A DNA stretch of 64,000 nt. Origin: an uncultured Flavobacteriales bacterium (GTDB taxonomy: Bacteria > Bacteroidota > Bacteroidia > Flavobacteriales > BACL11). The stretch is from NCBI GenBank assembly GCA_913063045.1, contig CAJXYM010000005.1, forward strand, positions 25,248 to 89,247, in the 5' to 3' direction. A program made the position numbers and the translations under genes. Below are positions 1-9,088 of the stretch, piece after piece. Below the pieces are notes generated by a model. The model saw nothing but the letters and a program-made list of their open reading frames with translations. It had not been told where the DNA came from and searched no databases. Each line of letters opens with the position of its first letter. Position 1 is the first letter of the stretch.

Positions 1-2
1 GT

Positions 3-560
3 AACTCTGAAGAGCTAATGAATTTACAACTACCTAATATTAGTAAATACAGTGATGTAATCTTAGTTAATAATGCTGGAGATATTGGTGAGATAATGCC
101 ATTAGGGAAAAAAAATAAAAATAAAATTGCTTTAGAATATGTGTTAAATTTAACCGCCCCTACAGTACTGTGCAGTAATTTTATTGATTTAACTCAAAAA
201 AATTCATCAAAAAATACTATTGTTAACATAAGCTCTGGAGCAGGCTATAGACCTATTAGCAGTTGGTCAACTTATTGCGCAAGTAAATCCGCAATTAACA
301 TGCTTACTGATTGTATAAATGATGAAAGTTTAAATATCAAAGCTTTTGCAATTTCCCCAGGCATTGTAAATACGGAGATGCAAGAAAAAATAAGAAAAGC
401 CAATGCTAATGATTTTCCCCTTAAAGAAAATTTTATAAACTACTTTAAAGACGGAGAGCTTGAAGACCCTAAAACAATTGCAAAGAAAATCTTATATGTA
501 ATTCAAAATCAAGATAAAATGGAGAATCTTAAGTTATCATTAAGAGATATTGAAATATAG
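3..560 (+). CDS. SDR-family NAD(P)-dependent oxidoreductase (sepiapterin-reductase-like), 5' end cut by the window edge
   Basis: The frame stays open to base 3. The NNAG motif lies only ~20 codons into the ORF, whereas it normally sits ~85-90 aa in. Catalytic Y-x3-K is present as YCASK, followed by SPGIVNT. The Rossmann N-terminus must lie upstream of the window. Confidence 0.75.
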   Translation, partial: NSEELMNLQLPNISKYSDVILVNNAGDIGEIMPLGKKNKNKIALEYVLNLTAPTVLCSNFIDLTQKNSSKNTIVNISSGAGYRPISSWSTYCASKSAINMLTDCINDESLNIKAFAISPGIVNTEMQEKIRKANANDFPLKENFINYFKDGELEDPKTIAKKILYVIQNQDKMENLKLSLRDIEI

Positions 561-823
561 AAAAAAACAGGTAAAATATCATAAAATCCGCTTAAAAAAA
601 ATCTAAACAACTGATTATCATTAATTTATAAGAACTCTCACTTTTTAACAATTTTATGTGTAAAAGGTTGGGTGTAATACATTAGATTACAATCAAAAAA
701 CGCCTTAAACAATTGACAAACAATTCTTTAACTAAATAACAACAACTTTAATATTTGAAAAATACAAAAGAAGTAACTTTAAAATAATTTAAGCTTTAAA
801 TTAGATAAACTTGTTTTATATTC

Positions 824-831
824 TAAGTTTG
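824..831 (+). promoter_or_regulatory. Bacteroidota-type -7 promoter box TAnnTTTG (TAAGTTTG)
   Basis: Matches all fixed consensus positions. It ends 31 nt upstream of ATG 863. Confidence 0.35.
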
Positions 832-862
832 CTCCAGTATTAATCAAAAATTATTAATTATT

Positions 863-1090
863 ATGGATAATGTATTTAAATATTTCAACGGCTTTTTTAA
901 AGGCTTAACAGGTTTAATCATGACTGTTTTAGGATTAGGTGTAGCAGTGGAAATTCTTTTCGGAGGAGGTTCAATGTTCGGACTAACAGTTATTGACAAT
1001 GTAATGGCAGTAATCAACGGATTAGGCGGTGCAGGATTCGCAGGATTAGTTGGGTTATGTGTATTATTCTCACTATTAACAGCTAAGTAA
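863..1090 (+). CDS. Small glycine-rich two-TM membrane protein, unknown function
   Basis: 75-aa ORF. Two hydrophobic segments (LTGLIMTVLGLGVAVEILF and FAGLVGLCVLFSLL) flank a G-rich loop. It has its own -7 box and is followed by the hairpin terminator at 1118-1150. Confidence 0.5.
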   Translation: MDNVFKYFNGFFKGLTGLIMTVLGLGVAVEILFGGGSMFGLTVIDNVMAVINGLGGAGFAGLVGLCVLFSLLTAK

Positions 1091-1117
1091 GAATAACTAC
1101 AATGTATTAATTAAAAT

Positions 1118-1150
1118 AGCCCTACTTTAGAGTAGGGCTATTTTATTTTA
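1118..1150 (+). terminator. Rho-independent terminator hairpin
   Basis: Perfect 9-bp stem AGCCCTACT / AGTAGGGCT (1118-1126 and 1131-1139) with a 4-nt loop TTAG, followed by a T-rich tract ATTTTATTTT. It starts 28 nt after the stop codon of the 863-1090 ORF. Confidence 0.65.
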
Positions 1151-1186
1151 AAATTTAATTATATTTATAGCATTAATAAAAAATTT

Positions 1187-1396
1187 ATGAAAAAATTATA
1201 TTCTTTTATAATAGAAACATTAAACAAGGCTATCACGCTAGCATTAACTTTTTTATGCCTAGGTGTTATTGTTCAGTTATTAGTGGATGATAAAATATTA
1301 AACTGGGATCCTGTTGGCAATATTCAAAATGCAGGAAGCTCTTTTATAGGTGTTATCGCCTTAATAGTACTATTCTTACTTTTCAATAAAAAATAA
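1187..1396 (+). CDS. Small two-TM membrane protein, paralogue of the 863-1090 ORF
   Basis: 69-aa ORF with the same architecture as its neighbour. The block TFLCLGVIVQLLV aligns with TVLGLGVAVEILF (7 of 13 identical), and the second TM SSFIGVIALIVLFLLF aligns with AGFAGLVGLCVLFSLL. Confidence 0.5.
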   Translation: MKKLYSFIIETLNKAITLALTFLCLGVIVQLLVDDKILNWDPVGNIQNAGSSFIGVIALIVLFLLFNKK

Positions 1397-1405
1397 TTTT
1401 TTTAT

Positions 1406-4174
1406 TTAATGGGCTTCAAGCCAATTGTTTCCAGAACCCATATCAACAACTAATGGCACTGATAGCGAACTTGCATTCATCATACTAGTATTTATAATTT
1501 CTGTTAACTCTTGCTCTTCCCCAGTAATCATATCAAATATAAGTTCATCATGAACTTGTAACAACATTGACGACTTCAACCCTTTAATTGATATCTTATT
1601 ATCAATATCAATCATTGCCTTTTTTATGATATCAGCAGCTGACCCTTGTATAGGTGCATTTATAGCATTTCTTTCAGCTGCATTTCTCATAATAGCGTTT
1701 CTTGAGTTAATATCTTTAAGATACCTTCTTCTACCAAGTATTGTTTCAACAAATTCATTCTCTCTAGCAATAAGTACTGATTCTTCCATATATTTCTTTA
1801 CTCCAGGAAATTCTTCAAAATATTGGTCAATTATATCTTTGGCTTCACTTCTGCTCATACCGGTATTTTGAGATAGTCCAAAAGCTGATATACCATAAAT
1901 AATACCAAAATTAACAGACTTGGCTTTTGAACGCATTTCCCTACTAACATTAGTAATGTCAACTTTAAAAACCTTTGCTGCGGTAGCTGCATGAATATCT
2001 ACACCATTATTAAATGCCTCAAGCATACTCTTATCATTACTTAATGAAGCCATTATTCTTAATTCTATTTGAGAATAATCAGCAGCTAAAAGCAAACAGC
2101 CTGACTTTGGGATAAATGCCTCTCTTACCTTCATCCCCCTCTTTGTTCGGATTGGAATATTTTGAATATTAGGGTTTTTTGAACTAAGCCTACCAGTAGC
2201 TGCCACAGATTGATTAAAAGTTGTGTGAATTCTTCCACTGCTCTCATCAACAAGAAGAGGAAGTGCGTTTACATATGTGCTTAAAAGTTTTTTAATTTCT
2301 CGAAACTCTAAAATATAACTTATAATAGGGCTGCTTTCTTTGATGTTTTGTAATGTTTCCTCAGATGTTGAGTATTGTCCAGACTTAGTTTTTTTGGGCT
2401 TTTTAACTAAGTTCATTTTTTCAAAAAGAATTTCGCCTAATTGTTTTGGGGAAGATATATTGAATTCTAATCCTGCTAAGATGTATATCTCTCTAGTTGC
2501 GCTCTGTAACTTTTCTTCTAACTCAATTGAATACTCTTTAAGCATTTTTACATCAAGCCCAACTCCAGAACTTTCCATTTTTGCTAAAACCTTTATCAGC
2601 GGCATTTCTATGTTTGCAAAGAGTTCCTTTGATTTAATTTCTTCAAGTTCTTTTGAAAAAAGAATTTGTAATTTATCTAAAACAAACACCCTTTGTGAAG
2701 AAACCTCAGAAATTCTCTCATTACTTAAATGTGAAAAATAAGTTTTATTTGGAGATCTACTTAATAATTCTTTATCATTATCAATGTTAATATTTAAATA
2801 GCTACTAGCCATAACATCTAAATTATGCCTCATGTCAGGATGCAATATATAATGAGCTATTACAACATCAAATATTTGTCCTTTTAATAAAATATCAGAT
2901 TTATTAAAAATTTTAATTTGTGATTTCAAATCATACCCAATCTTTAAGAACAATTCATTTTCAAATAATAACTTTATTATTTGAAAATACTTAACCTTAT
3001 CCTTATCATTTAGACGTACAAATACACAGTCTTGGTTTCCAAATAATAATCCCAGACCAATAATTTCTTGATTTTCAATTAAAAGATTGAAGGTAAAACT
3101 AGCTTGTGTAGAGTTTTTCAAAATATATTCTTCTAAATCGCTTGGAGATGAAATATCCTTAAAATTAATTTTTTCTTTAATTATTTTTTTTGCTTGAATA
3201 TTAGCAGGAACCTCAGAAAATAAATCAATTTGGTTATCAGGTAAGGGATCATTCTCTTCAGGTTTTATAGTTTTTATAACATCCTGATTATTTAGTAAGT
3301 CATTAAATCTACTGATAAAATTTCTAAACTCAAGCTCCTCAAATAATACTGACAGCTCATCAAAATTATTAACATCAAATTTCATTTTTTCAAAATCAAA
3401 CTCTACAGGAACGTTAGTTATTATAGTTACAAGTTTTTTAGAAAGCATCCCTATTTCCTTAGAGCCTTCAACTTTTTCTTTCAATTTCCCCTTCAGTTTA
3501 TCGGTATTTGCAAAAAGACCTTCTACAGAATCGTATTCTTGAATAAATTTCTGAGCAGTTTTCTTACCTACTCCAGATATTCCGGGAATATTATCAGCAC
3601 TATCACCCATCATGGCTAGAAAGTCAATTACTTGTTCTACTCGATTAATTTTAAACTTATCTAAAACCTCCTTAATACCCCATGTCTCAGTAGGTTGCCA
3701 TTTATTCCCTGGTCTATACATAAAAATATTTTCAGATACCAACTGAGCGAAATCTTTATCTGAAGTCATCATATAAACAGTAAAATCTTCTTTTTCAGCT
3801 TTTTTAGCTATCGTTCCAACAACATCATCTGCCTCAAATCCATCCTTATATATTTTTGGAATACTCAATGCCTCTAGCAACTTATCTATGTATGGTAATG
3901 CTGCTGAAATCCCTTCAGGCATAGCGTCTCGATGTGCTTTATAAGCGGGGAATTCTATATGTCTTTCAGTAGGTTTTTTTGTATCAAATACCACTGCAAT
4001 ATGCGAGGGTTTTTCTTTTCTGAGTATTTCTAATAATGAATTAGTAAAACCAAAAACAGCTGATGTATCTAGGCCTTTAGAATTAATTCTTGGGTTTTTA
4101 GCAAAAGCAAAATAAGCCCTGTAAATTAGGGCAAATGCATCTAGAAGAAAGAGTTTCTTTTTATCTTTAACCAT
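1406..4174 (-). CDS. polA: DNA polymerase I
   Basis: 5'-nuclease N-terminus (LFLLDAFALIYRAYFAF). Polymerase motifs A (LLAADYSQIELRIMA), B (RSKAKSVNFGIIYG) and C (QVHDELIF). Start placed at ATG 4174 (MVKDKKK...) instead of the ORF-track start at 4213. Confidence 0.95.
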   Translation of the reverse strand: MVKDKKKLFLLDAFALIYRAYFAFAKNPRINSKGLDTSAVFGFTNSLLEILRKEKPSHIAVVFDTKKPTERHIEFPAYKAHRDAMPEGISAALPYIDKLLEALSIPKIYKDGFEADDVVGTIAKKAEKEDFTVYMMTSDKDFAQLVSENIFMYRPGNKWQPTETWGIKEVLDKFKINRVEQVIDFLAMMGDSADNIPGISGVGKKTAQKFIQEYDSVEGLFANTDKLKGKLKEKVEGSKEIGMLSKKLVTIITNVPVEFDFEKMKFDVNNFDELSVLFEELEFRNFISRFNDLLNNQDVIKTIKPEENDPLPDNQIDLFSEVPANIQAKKIIKEKINFKDISSPSDLEEYILKNSTQASFTFNLLIENQEIIGLGLLFGNQDCVFVRLNDKDKVKYFQIIKLLFENELFLKIGYDLKSQIKIFNKSDILLKGQIFDVVIAHYILHPDMRHNLDVMASSYLNINIDNDKELLSRSPNKTYFSHLSNERISEVSSQRVFVLDKLQILFSKELEEIKSKELFANIEMPLIKVLAKMESSGVGLDVKMLKEYSIELEEKLQSATREIYILAGLEFNISSPKQLGEILFEKMNLVKKPKKTKSGQYSTSEETLQNIKESSPIISYILEFREIKKLLSTYVNALPLLVDESSGRIHTTFNQSVAATGRLSSKNPNIQNIPIRTKRGMKVREAFIPKSGCLLLAADYSQIELRIMASLSNDKSMLEAFNNGVDIHAATAAKVFKVDITNVSREMRSKAKSVNFGIIYGISAFGLSQNTGMSRSEAKDIIDQYFEEFPGVKKYMEESVLIARENEFVETILGRRRYLKDINSRNAIMRNAAERNAINAPIQGSAADIIKKAMIDIDNKISIKGLKSSMLLQVHDELIFDMITGEEQELTEIINTSMMNASSLSVPLVVDMGSGNNWLEAH

Positions 4175-4247
4175 TAAGTAAAAATACAATATTATGCATG
4201 ATTTTACTTTCAAAAGTTTAATTTTATTGCATTATATATTTAAAAAA

Positions 4248-4925
4248 ATGAATTTTAAAAAGCTAATATTTTACGTAAAAATTCCGTTATTATTTGTAAT
4301 TATCATGTGGGTAATTAAACTTATTGAAATTAAATTTAATCTATCATTTATTGATTTAGGTGTTTTACCCAGAAGACTATCTGGATTAAAAGGAATTCTC
4401 TTTTCTCCTATTATACATAAGGATATAAACCATTTAATTAATAACTCATCTCCAGTATTAATACTTGGCTCTCTATTATTTTTCTTTTACTATAAAATTA
4501 GATATAAACTTTTAGGTTGGCTATATATTACATCCGGACTCTTTCTTTGGTCAATAGGAAGAGATAGTTTTCATATTGGAGCTAGCGGTCTGATATATGC
4601 ACTTGCAGGCTTTATTTTTTTTAGTGGACTCATTCGTAATAATAAACGTTTATCCGCACTCTCTTTAGTTGTTATTTTTATTTATGGAAGTATGTTTTGG
4701 GGAGTTTTCCCAACATACGAACATGTCTCTTGGGAAGGGCATCTTTCCGGTCTTGTAGCTGGACTTATTTTAGCTATTTATTTTAAAAACGAAGGGCCTA
4801 AAAAAGATATTTATCAATGGGAAATAGATGAGGAGAATGAAGAAAATGAGAGGAATGAGGGGAATGAGGGAAATAATAAGAATGAGAATGAGATTCAAAT
4901 TAATTATAATTACATAGAAAAATAA
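4248..4925 (+). CDS. Rhomboid-family intramembrane serine protease
   Basis: Multi-TM protein with a GASGLIYALAGF (GxSG) motif and a downstream HLSGLVAGL histidine helix. Start placed at ATG 4248 (MNFKKLIFY...), which leaves a 73-nt divergent gap to polA. Confidence 0.8.
   Translation: MNFKKLIFYVKIPLLFVIIMWVIKLIEIKFNLSFIDLGVLPRRLSGLKGILFSPIIHKDINHLINNSSPVLILGSLLFFFYYKIRYKLLGWLYITSGLFLWSIGRDSFHIGASGLIYALAGFIFFSGLIRNNKRLSALSLVVIFIYGSMFWGVFPTYEHVSWEGHLSGLVAGLILAIYFKNEGPKKDIYQWEIDEENEENERNEGNEGNNKNENEIQINYNYIEK
4830..4892 (+). repeat. Imperfect 9-bp tandem repeat (about 7 units) inside the rhomboid 3' end
   Basis: gaggagaat gaagaaaat gagaggaat gaggggaat gagggaaat aataagaat gagaatgag, encoding EEN EEN ERN EGN EGN NKN ENE. 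Confidence 0.7.
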
Positions 4926-5144
4926 CTATTTCTTAATTACACCCCAGTTATTTTTATACCAAACTCTTTCATGAAAGTAATATATTGGCATTTTTGCAAA
5001 AAACTCAATACTACCTACAGCTAAGCCTGCCGTTTTATCTCCTGTAATTAACCATGTAATAATAATTGTTGTAATTGTAGCTGTTACTCTCCAAGTGAGG
5101 GTTTTAGCAAGATGCCTTTTCCTGTTAATATTAACTTTACTCAT
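4926..5144 (-). CDS. DUF2061-like small membrane protein
   Basis: 72 aa. The RHLAKTLTWRVTATITTIIITW...EFFAKMPIYYFHERVW pattern is typical of DUF2061. Confidence 0.65.
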   Translation of the reverse strand: MSKVNINRKRHLAKTLTWRVTATITTIIITWLITGDKTAGLAVGSIEFFAKMPIYYFHERVWYKNNWGVIKK

Positions 5145-5171
5145 GTTTTAAATATTTATATATTAATTATA

Positions 5172-5179
5172 CAAAAATA
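5172..5179 (-). promoter_or_regulatory. -7 promoter box TAnnTTTG (TATTTTTG on the minus strand)
   Basis: Ends 27 nt upstream of the minus-strand ATG at 5144. Confidence 0.35.
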
Positions 5180-5182
5180 ACT

Positions 5183-5211
5183 AAAATACATTTTCATAAA
5201 AAATGTATTTT
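5183..5211. promoter_or_regulatory. Perfect 12-bp inverted repeat with a 5-nt spacer in the divergent DUF2061/lepA gap
   Basis: AAAATACATTTT (5183-5194), cataa, AAAATGTATTTT (5200-5211). The right arm ends 8 nt before the lepA ATG at 5220. The function is unknown. Confidence 0.4.
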
Positions 5212-5219
5212 CGCCATTG

Positions 5220-7010
5220 ATGAAAAACATTAGAAATTTTTGCATTATTGCCCATATTGATCATGGCAAAAGCACACTTGCTGACAGGTTACTGGAATAC
5301 ACTGGTGCTGTTAGTGAAAGAGACTCCAAAGATCAGTTATTAGATGATATGGATCTTGAGAAAGAAAGAGGCATTACAATTAAGAGTCATGCAATTCAAA
5401 TGACTCATGAATTTAATGATGAGGAGTACACGCTTAATCTAATAGACACTCCTGGACATGTAGACTTTTCTTACGAAGTCTCTCGATCTATTGCGGCCTG
5501 TGAAGGAGCTTTATTAATTGTAGATGCTGCTCAAGGAATTCAAGCCCAAACTATATCCAATTTATATCTTGCACTAGAAAACGACCTTGAAATTATTCCA
5601 GTGCTGAATAAAATCGACTTACCAAGTGCTGAGCCTGAGTTGGTAAAGGATCAGATTGTAGACCTAATTGGTTGTAAGCATGAAGATATAATACCCGCAA
5701 GTGCAAAAACTGGTGTAGGGATTGGTGAAATAATTAAAGATATTATTCTAAAAATACCAGCACCTAAAGGAGACCCTAATCTTCCTTTACAAGCTATGAT
5801 TTTTGACTCTGTTTACAATACATTTAGAGGGATAGAAGCTTATTTTAAAATTATAAATGGTACAATTAAAAAAGGTCAAAAAGTTAAATTCATGGCTACT
5901 GAAAAAGAATATCTTGCTGATGAAATTGGAGCTTTAAGACTTAAACAATTCCCTAAAGAAATTATGAGTTGCGGTGAGGTTGGTTATATTATTTCTGGAA
6001 TCAAAGAAGCTAAAGAAGTAAAGGTAGGTGATACGATTACAACAGTAAGCGATCCATCATATGAAGCGATTAAAGGTTTTGAAGAAGTAAAACCAATGGT
6101 CTTTGCTGGGATTTATCCAGTAGACACTGAAGATTTTGAGGAATTAAGGAATTCTATGGAAAAACTTCAACTTAACGACGCGTCTCTTACATATGAGGCT
6201 GAATCTTCAGTTGCACTTGGTTTTGGTTTTAGATGTGGTTTTTTAGGAATGCTTCACATGGAGATTATTCAAGAAAGACTTGAAAGAGAATTTGAAATGA
6301 CCGTAATCACTACAGTTCCTAACGTTTCATATTACGCATATAAAAGCAACAAAGAAAAAATAATTATACATAACCCTTCTGACTATCCAGATCCAAGCAC
6401 ACTTGATTATGTAGAGGAACCTTTTATAAGGGCACAAATTATTACTAAATCTGATTTTATTGGACAAGTAATGACACTCTGTATATCTAAAAGAGGAGAA
6501 TTAAAAAATCAAGTATATTTAACTACAGATAGAGTAGAACTAACATTTGAAATGCCTCTTGGGGAAATAGTTTTTGATTTTTATGATAAATTAAAATCTG
6601 TTTCAAAGGGCTACGCATCATTTGACTATTACCCAATAGAATATAGAATATCAAGCTTGGCTAAGCTTGATATTCTACTAAATGGAGATCCTGTGGACGC
6701 GCTATCAGCACTAGTTCATAAAACTAATTCATATAGTTTAGGTAAAAAATTATGTTCTAAACTCAAAGAACTAATCCCTAGACAGCAGTTTGATATTGCA
6801 ATACAGTCAGCAATAGGTTCAAAAATTATTTCAAGAGAAACAGTAAAGGCTCTTAGAAAAGATGTTACAGCTAAATGTTATGGAGGAGATATAAGCCGAA
6901 AAAGAAAACTTCTTGAAAAACAGAAGAAAGGGAAGAAAAGAATGAGACAAGTTGGTAATGTCGAAATCCCTCAACAAGCGTTTCTTTCAGTATTGCAATT
7001 AGATGATTAA
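5220..7010 (+). CDS. lepA: Translation elongation factor 4 (LepA)
   Basis: [30 protein letters not shown] and NKIDL GTPase motifs, plus the LepA-specific C-terminus (...[24 protein letters not shown]). Confidence 0.95.
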   Translation: MKNIRNFCIIAHIDHGKSTLADRLLEYTGAVSERDSKDQLLDDMDLEKERGITIKSHAIQMTHEFNDEEYTLNLIDTPGHVDFSYEVSRSIAACEGALLIVDAAQGIQAQTISNLYLALENDLEIIPVLNKIDLPSAEPELVKDQIVDLIGCKHEDIIPASAKTGVGIGEIIKDIILKIPAPKGDPNLPLQAMIFDSVYNTFRGIEAYFKIINGTIKKGQKVKFMATEKEYLADEIGALRLKQFPKEIMSCGEVGYIISGIKEAKEVKVGDTITTVSDPSYEAIKGFEEVKPMVFAGIYPVDTEDFEELRNSMEKLQLNDASLTYEAESSVALGFGFRCGFLGMLHMEIIQERLEREFEMTVITTVPNVSYYAYKSNKEKIIIHNPSDYPDPSTLDYVEEPFIRAQIITKSDFIGQVMTLCISKRGELKNQVYLTTDRVELTFEMPLGEIVFDFYDKLKSVSKGYASFDYYPIEYRISSLAKLDILLNGDPVDALSALVHKTNSYSLGKKLCSKLKELIPRQQFDIAIQSAIGSKIISRETVKALRKDVTAKCYGGDISRKRKLLEKQKKGKKRMRQVGNVEIPQQAFLSVLQLDD

Positions 7011-7015
7011 AATAT

Positions 7016-7023
7016 TATTTTTG
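7016..7023 (+). promoter_or_regulatory. -7 promoter box (TATTTTTG)
   Basis: Ends 15 nt upstream of ATG 7039. Confidence 0.3.
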
Positions 7024-7038
7024 AATAAATAATTTAAA

Positions 7039-7785
7039 ATGGGTAGAGCATTCGAGTTTAGAAAAGCAAGAAAAATGAAAAGGTGGTCCAAAATGGCTAA
7101 AACCTTTACTCGTATTGGAAAAGATATCGTTATGGCCGTAAAAGAAGGAGGAGCAAGCCCTGAAACAAACTCCAGGCTAAGACAGGTAATGCAGAATGCT
7201 AAGTCGGCCAATATGCCTAAAGACAATGTTTTAAGAGCAATTAAAAAAGCTAGCAGTAAAGATACCGCTAGCTATGAAGAGGTTTCTCTAGAGGGTTACG
7301 CAGTACATGGAATTGCTGTTTTTTTAGATTGTGCTACTAACAATAACAATAGAACGGTAGCTGATGTAAGATCTTATTTCAGTAAGTGTGATGGTTCTTT
7401 AGGAATTAATGGTTCTCTTCAGTTTATATTTGATAGAAAAGGGGTTTTTACAATAAATAATAAAAATCTATCTATAGATGTGGAAGAACTCGAGATGGAG
7501 CTAATTGATGCTGGACTTGAAGAGATGCAATCAGACGAAGAGGGTGTAATCATCTATTGTGACTTTCCGGACTTTAGCAATATGCAAAAAAAGATTGAAG
7601 CGTTAAATATTGAGATTAGTAGTTCTGAATTACAAAGAATACCCAATAATACTAAAGAATTATCAGCAGAACAGTCTAAGAATGTTTTAAAATTACTTGA
7701 CTTACTAGAAGAAAATGATGATGTTCAGCAGGTGTTTCACAATATGGAACTAACAGAAGAGATTATTGAGGTAATGGAATCTTAA
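7039..7785 (+). CDS. YebC/PmpR-family DNA-binding regulator
   Basis: The N-terminus MGRAFEFRKARKMKRWSKMAKTFTRIGKDI is the family hallmark. 248 aa. Confidence 0.9.
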   Translation: MGRAFEFRKARKMKRWSKMAKTFTRIGKDIVMAVKEGGASPETNSRLRQVMQNAKSANMPKDNVLRAIKKASSKDTASYEEVSLEGYAVHGIAVFLDCATNNNNRTVADVRSYFSKCDGSLGINGSLQFIFDRKGVFTINNKNLSIDVEELEMELIDAGLEEMQSDEEGVIIYCDFPDFSNMQKKIEALNIEISSSELQRIPNNTKELSAEQSKNVLKLLDLLEENDDVQQVFHNMELTEEIIEVMES

Positions 7786-7816
7786 AAAATAAAAGAAAGA
7801 AAGAAAAAATAAATGA

Positions 7817-9088
7817 ATGAATGTATTAATATTAGGAAGTGGAGGTCGTGAACATGCCTTAGGGCTTAAGGTTTCTGAAAGTAGTCTTTGTAAAAAACTA
7901 ATATTTGCTCCGGGAAATGCTGGCACAATAAATATTGGAAGAAATATTGATTTATCTGTCAACGATTTTGAAGGAATCAAAGCTCTTGCTCTAGAGGAAG
8001 GCATTAACATGATAATTGTTGGCCCAGAAGATCCTCTAGTAAATGGGATCTATGATTATTTTCAAAATGATCTTCTTTTAAATGAAATCACTATAATTGG
8101 TCCTTCGAAATTAGGGGCTCAACTAGAGGGGAGTAAGGATTTTGCGAAAGAATTCATGAATAGACATAACATCCCTACAGCCAAACATCAAACATTTACT
8201 AAAGAGAATATTGAGGATGGGTATATGTTTTTAGAACAACTTAATAGTCCGTATGTGTTAAAGGCTGACGGTTTAGCCGGCGGTAAAGGGGTTTTAATCT
8301 TAGATAGTCTAGGGGAAGCAAAAGATGAGCTTAAAAAAATGCTTATAGATTCTAAATTTGGCTCTGCAAGTTCAAAGGTAGTCATTGAGGAATTCTTAAA
8401 AGGAATCGAATTATCAGTTTTTGTAATTACCGATGGGAACTCTTATAAAATATTACCTTCCGCCAAGGACTATAAAAGAATCGGTGAAGGTGATATTGGA
8501 TTAAATACAGGAGGAATGGGCGCAGTATCACCTCCTCCTTTTATAGATCGATTTTTTATTGAAAAGGTAGAGCAAGAAATAATAAAACCAACGATTAATG
8601 GATTAAAAGAAGACAATATTCATTACCAAGGATTTCTTTTTATCGGATTAATAAAAGTTGGCTCCGAACCAAAGGTTATTGAATACAATGTTAGAATGGG
8701 AGATCCCGAAACCGAAGTAGTAGTACCAAGAATAAAGTCGGATCTATTAAACCTTCTTAAGGGAGTGAAAGATGGAACCTTCAGCGAAAAAGATTTAAAT
8801 ATATCAGAAGAATGCGCAGCAACAATAATGCTTGTGTCTAAAGGATATCCCGAAAAATATGAAAAAGGATTTATAATTAATGGCCTTGAAGAAAGTTGTG
8901 ATAGTATTTTCTTCCAAGCTGGAACAAAAACTAAAGAGGGTAATACAGTTACAAATGGCGGAAGAGTAATAGCAGTGACATCTTTTGGTCATGATGTGGA
9001 ATCAGCAATAAAAAGATCCTATAAAAACCTTGAGTTGTTAGATTTTAAAGGAAAGCACTTTAGAAAAGATATTGGATTTGATCTATAA
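7817..9088 (+). CDS. purD: Phosphoribosylamine--glycine ligase
   Basis: MNVLILGSGGREHAL start, an ATP-grasp core (LKADGLAGGKGV) and EYNVRMGDPETEVV. Confidence 0.95.
   Translation: MNVLILGSGGREHALGLKVSESSLCKKLIFAPGNAGTINIGRNIDLSVNDFEGIKALALEEGINMIIVGPEDPLVNGIYDYFQNDLLLNEITIIGPSKLGAQLEGSKDFAKEFMNRHNIPTAKHQTFTKENIEDGYMFLEQLNSPYVLKADGLAGGKGVLILDSLGEAKDELKKMLIDSKFGSASSKVVIEEFLKGIELSVFVITDGNSYKILPSAKDYKRIGEGDIGLNTGGMGAVSPPPFIDRFFIEKVEQEIIKPTINGLKEDNIHYQGFLFIGLIKVGSEPKVIEYNVRMGDPETEVVVPRIKSDLLNLLKGVKDGTFSEKDLNISEECAATIMLVSKGYPEKYEKGFIINGLEESCDSIFFQAGTKTKEGNTVTNGGRVIAVTSFGHDVESAIKRSYKNLELLDFKGKHFRKDIGFDL

Noticed and set aside
1626-2741. ORFs of 81 and 133 aa antisense to polA.
   Set aside because: They lie entirely inside a strongly supported polA reading frame. 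Their translations are low-complexity Ser/Leu/Phe/Ile strings, typical of the antisense frame of AT-rich genes.
4175-4247. Longer start choices: polA from 4213 (MKVKSCIILYFYL...) and the rhomboid gene from 4194 (MHDFTFKS...), which would make the two divergent genes overlap.
   Set aside because: The conserved polA N-terminus begins at MVKDKKKLFLLD (ATG 4174), and the rhomboid hydrophobic core begins after MNFKK (ATG 4248). The extensions are hydrophobic or odd and would remove all promoter space.
5183-5211. The 12-bp inverted repeat read as an intrinsic terminator.
   Set aside because: It lies upstream of both flanking genes, which are divergently oriented, so nothing terminates there. The stem is almost pure A/T. 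It is kept only as a possible operator or 5' structure.
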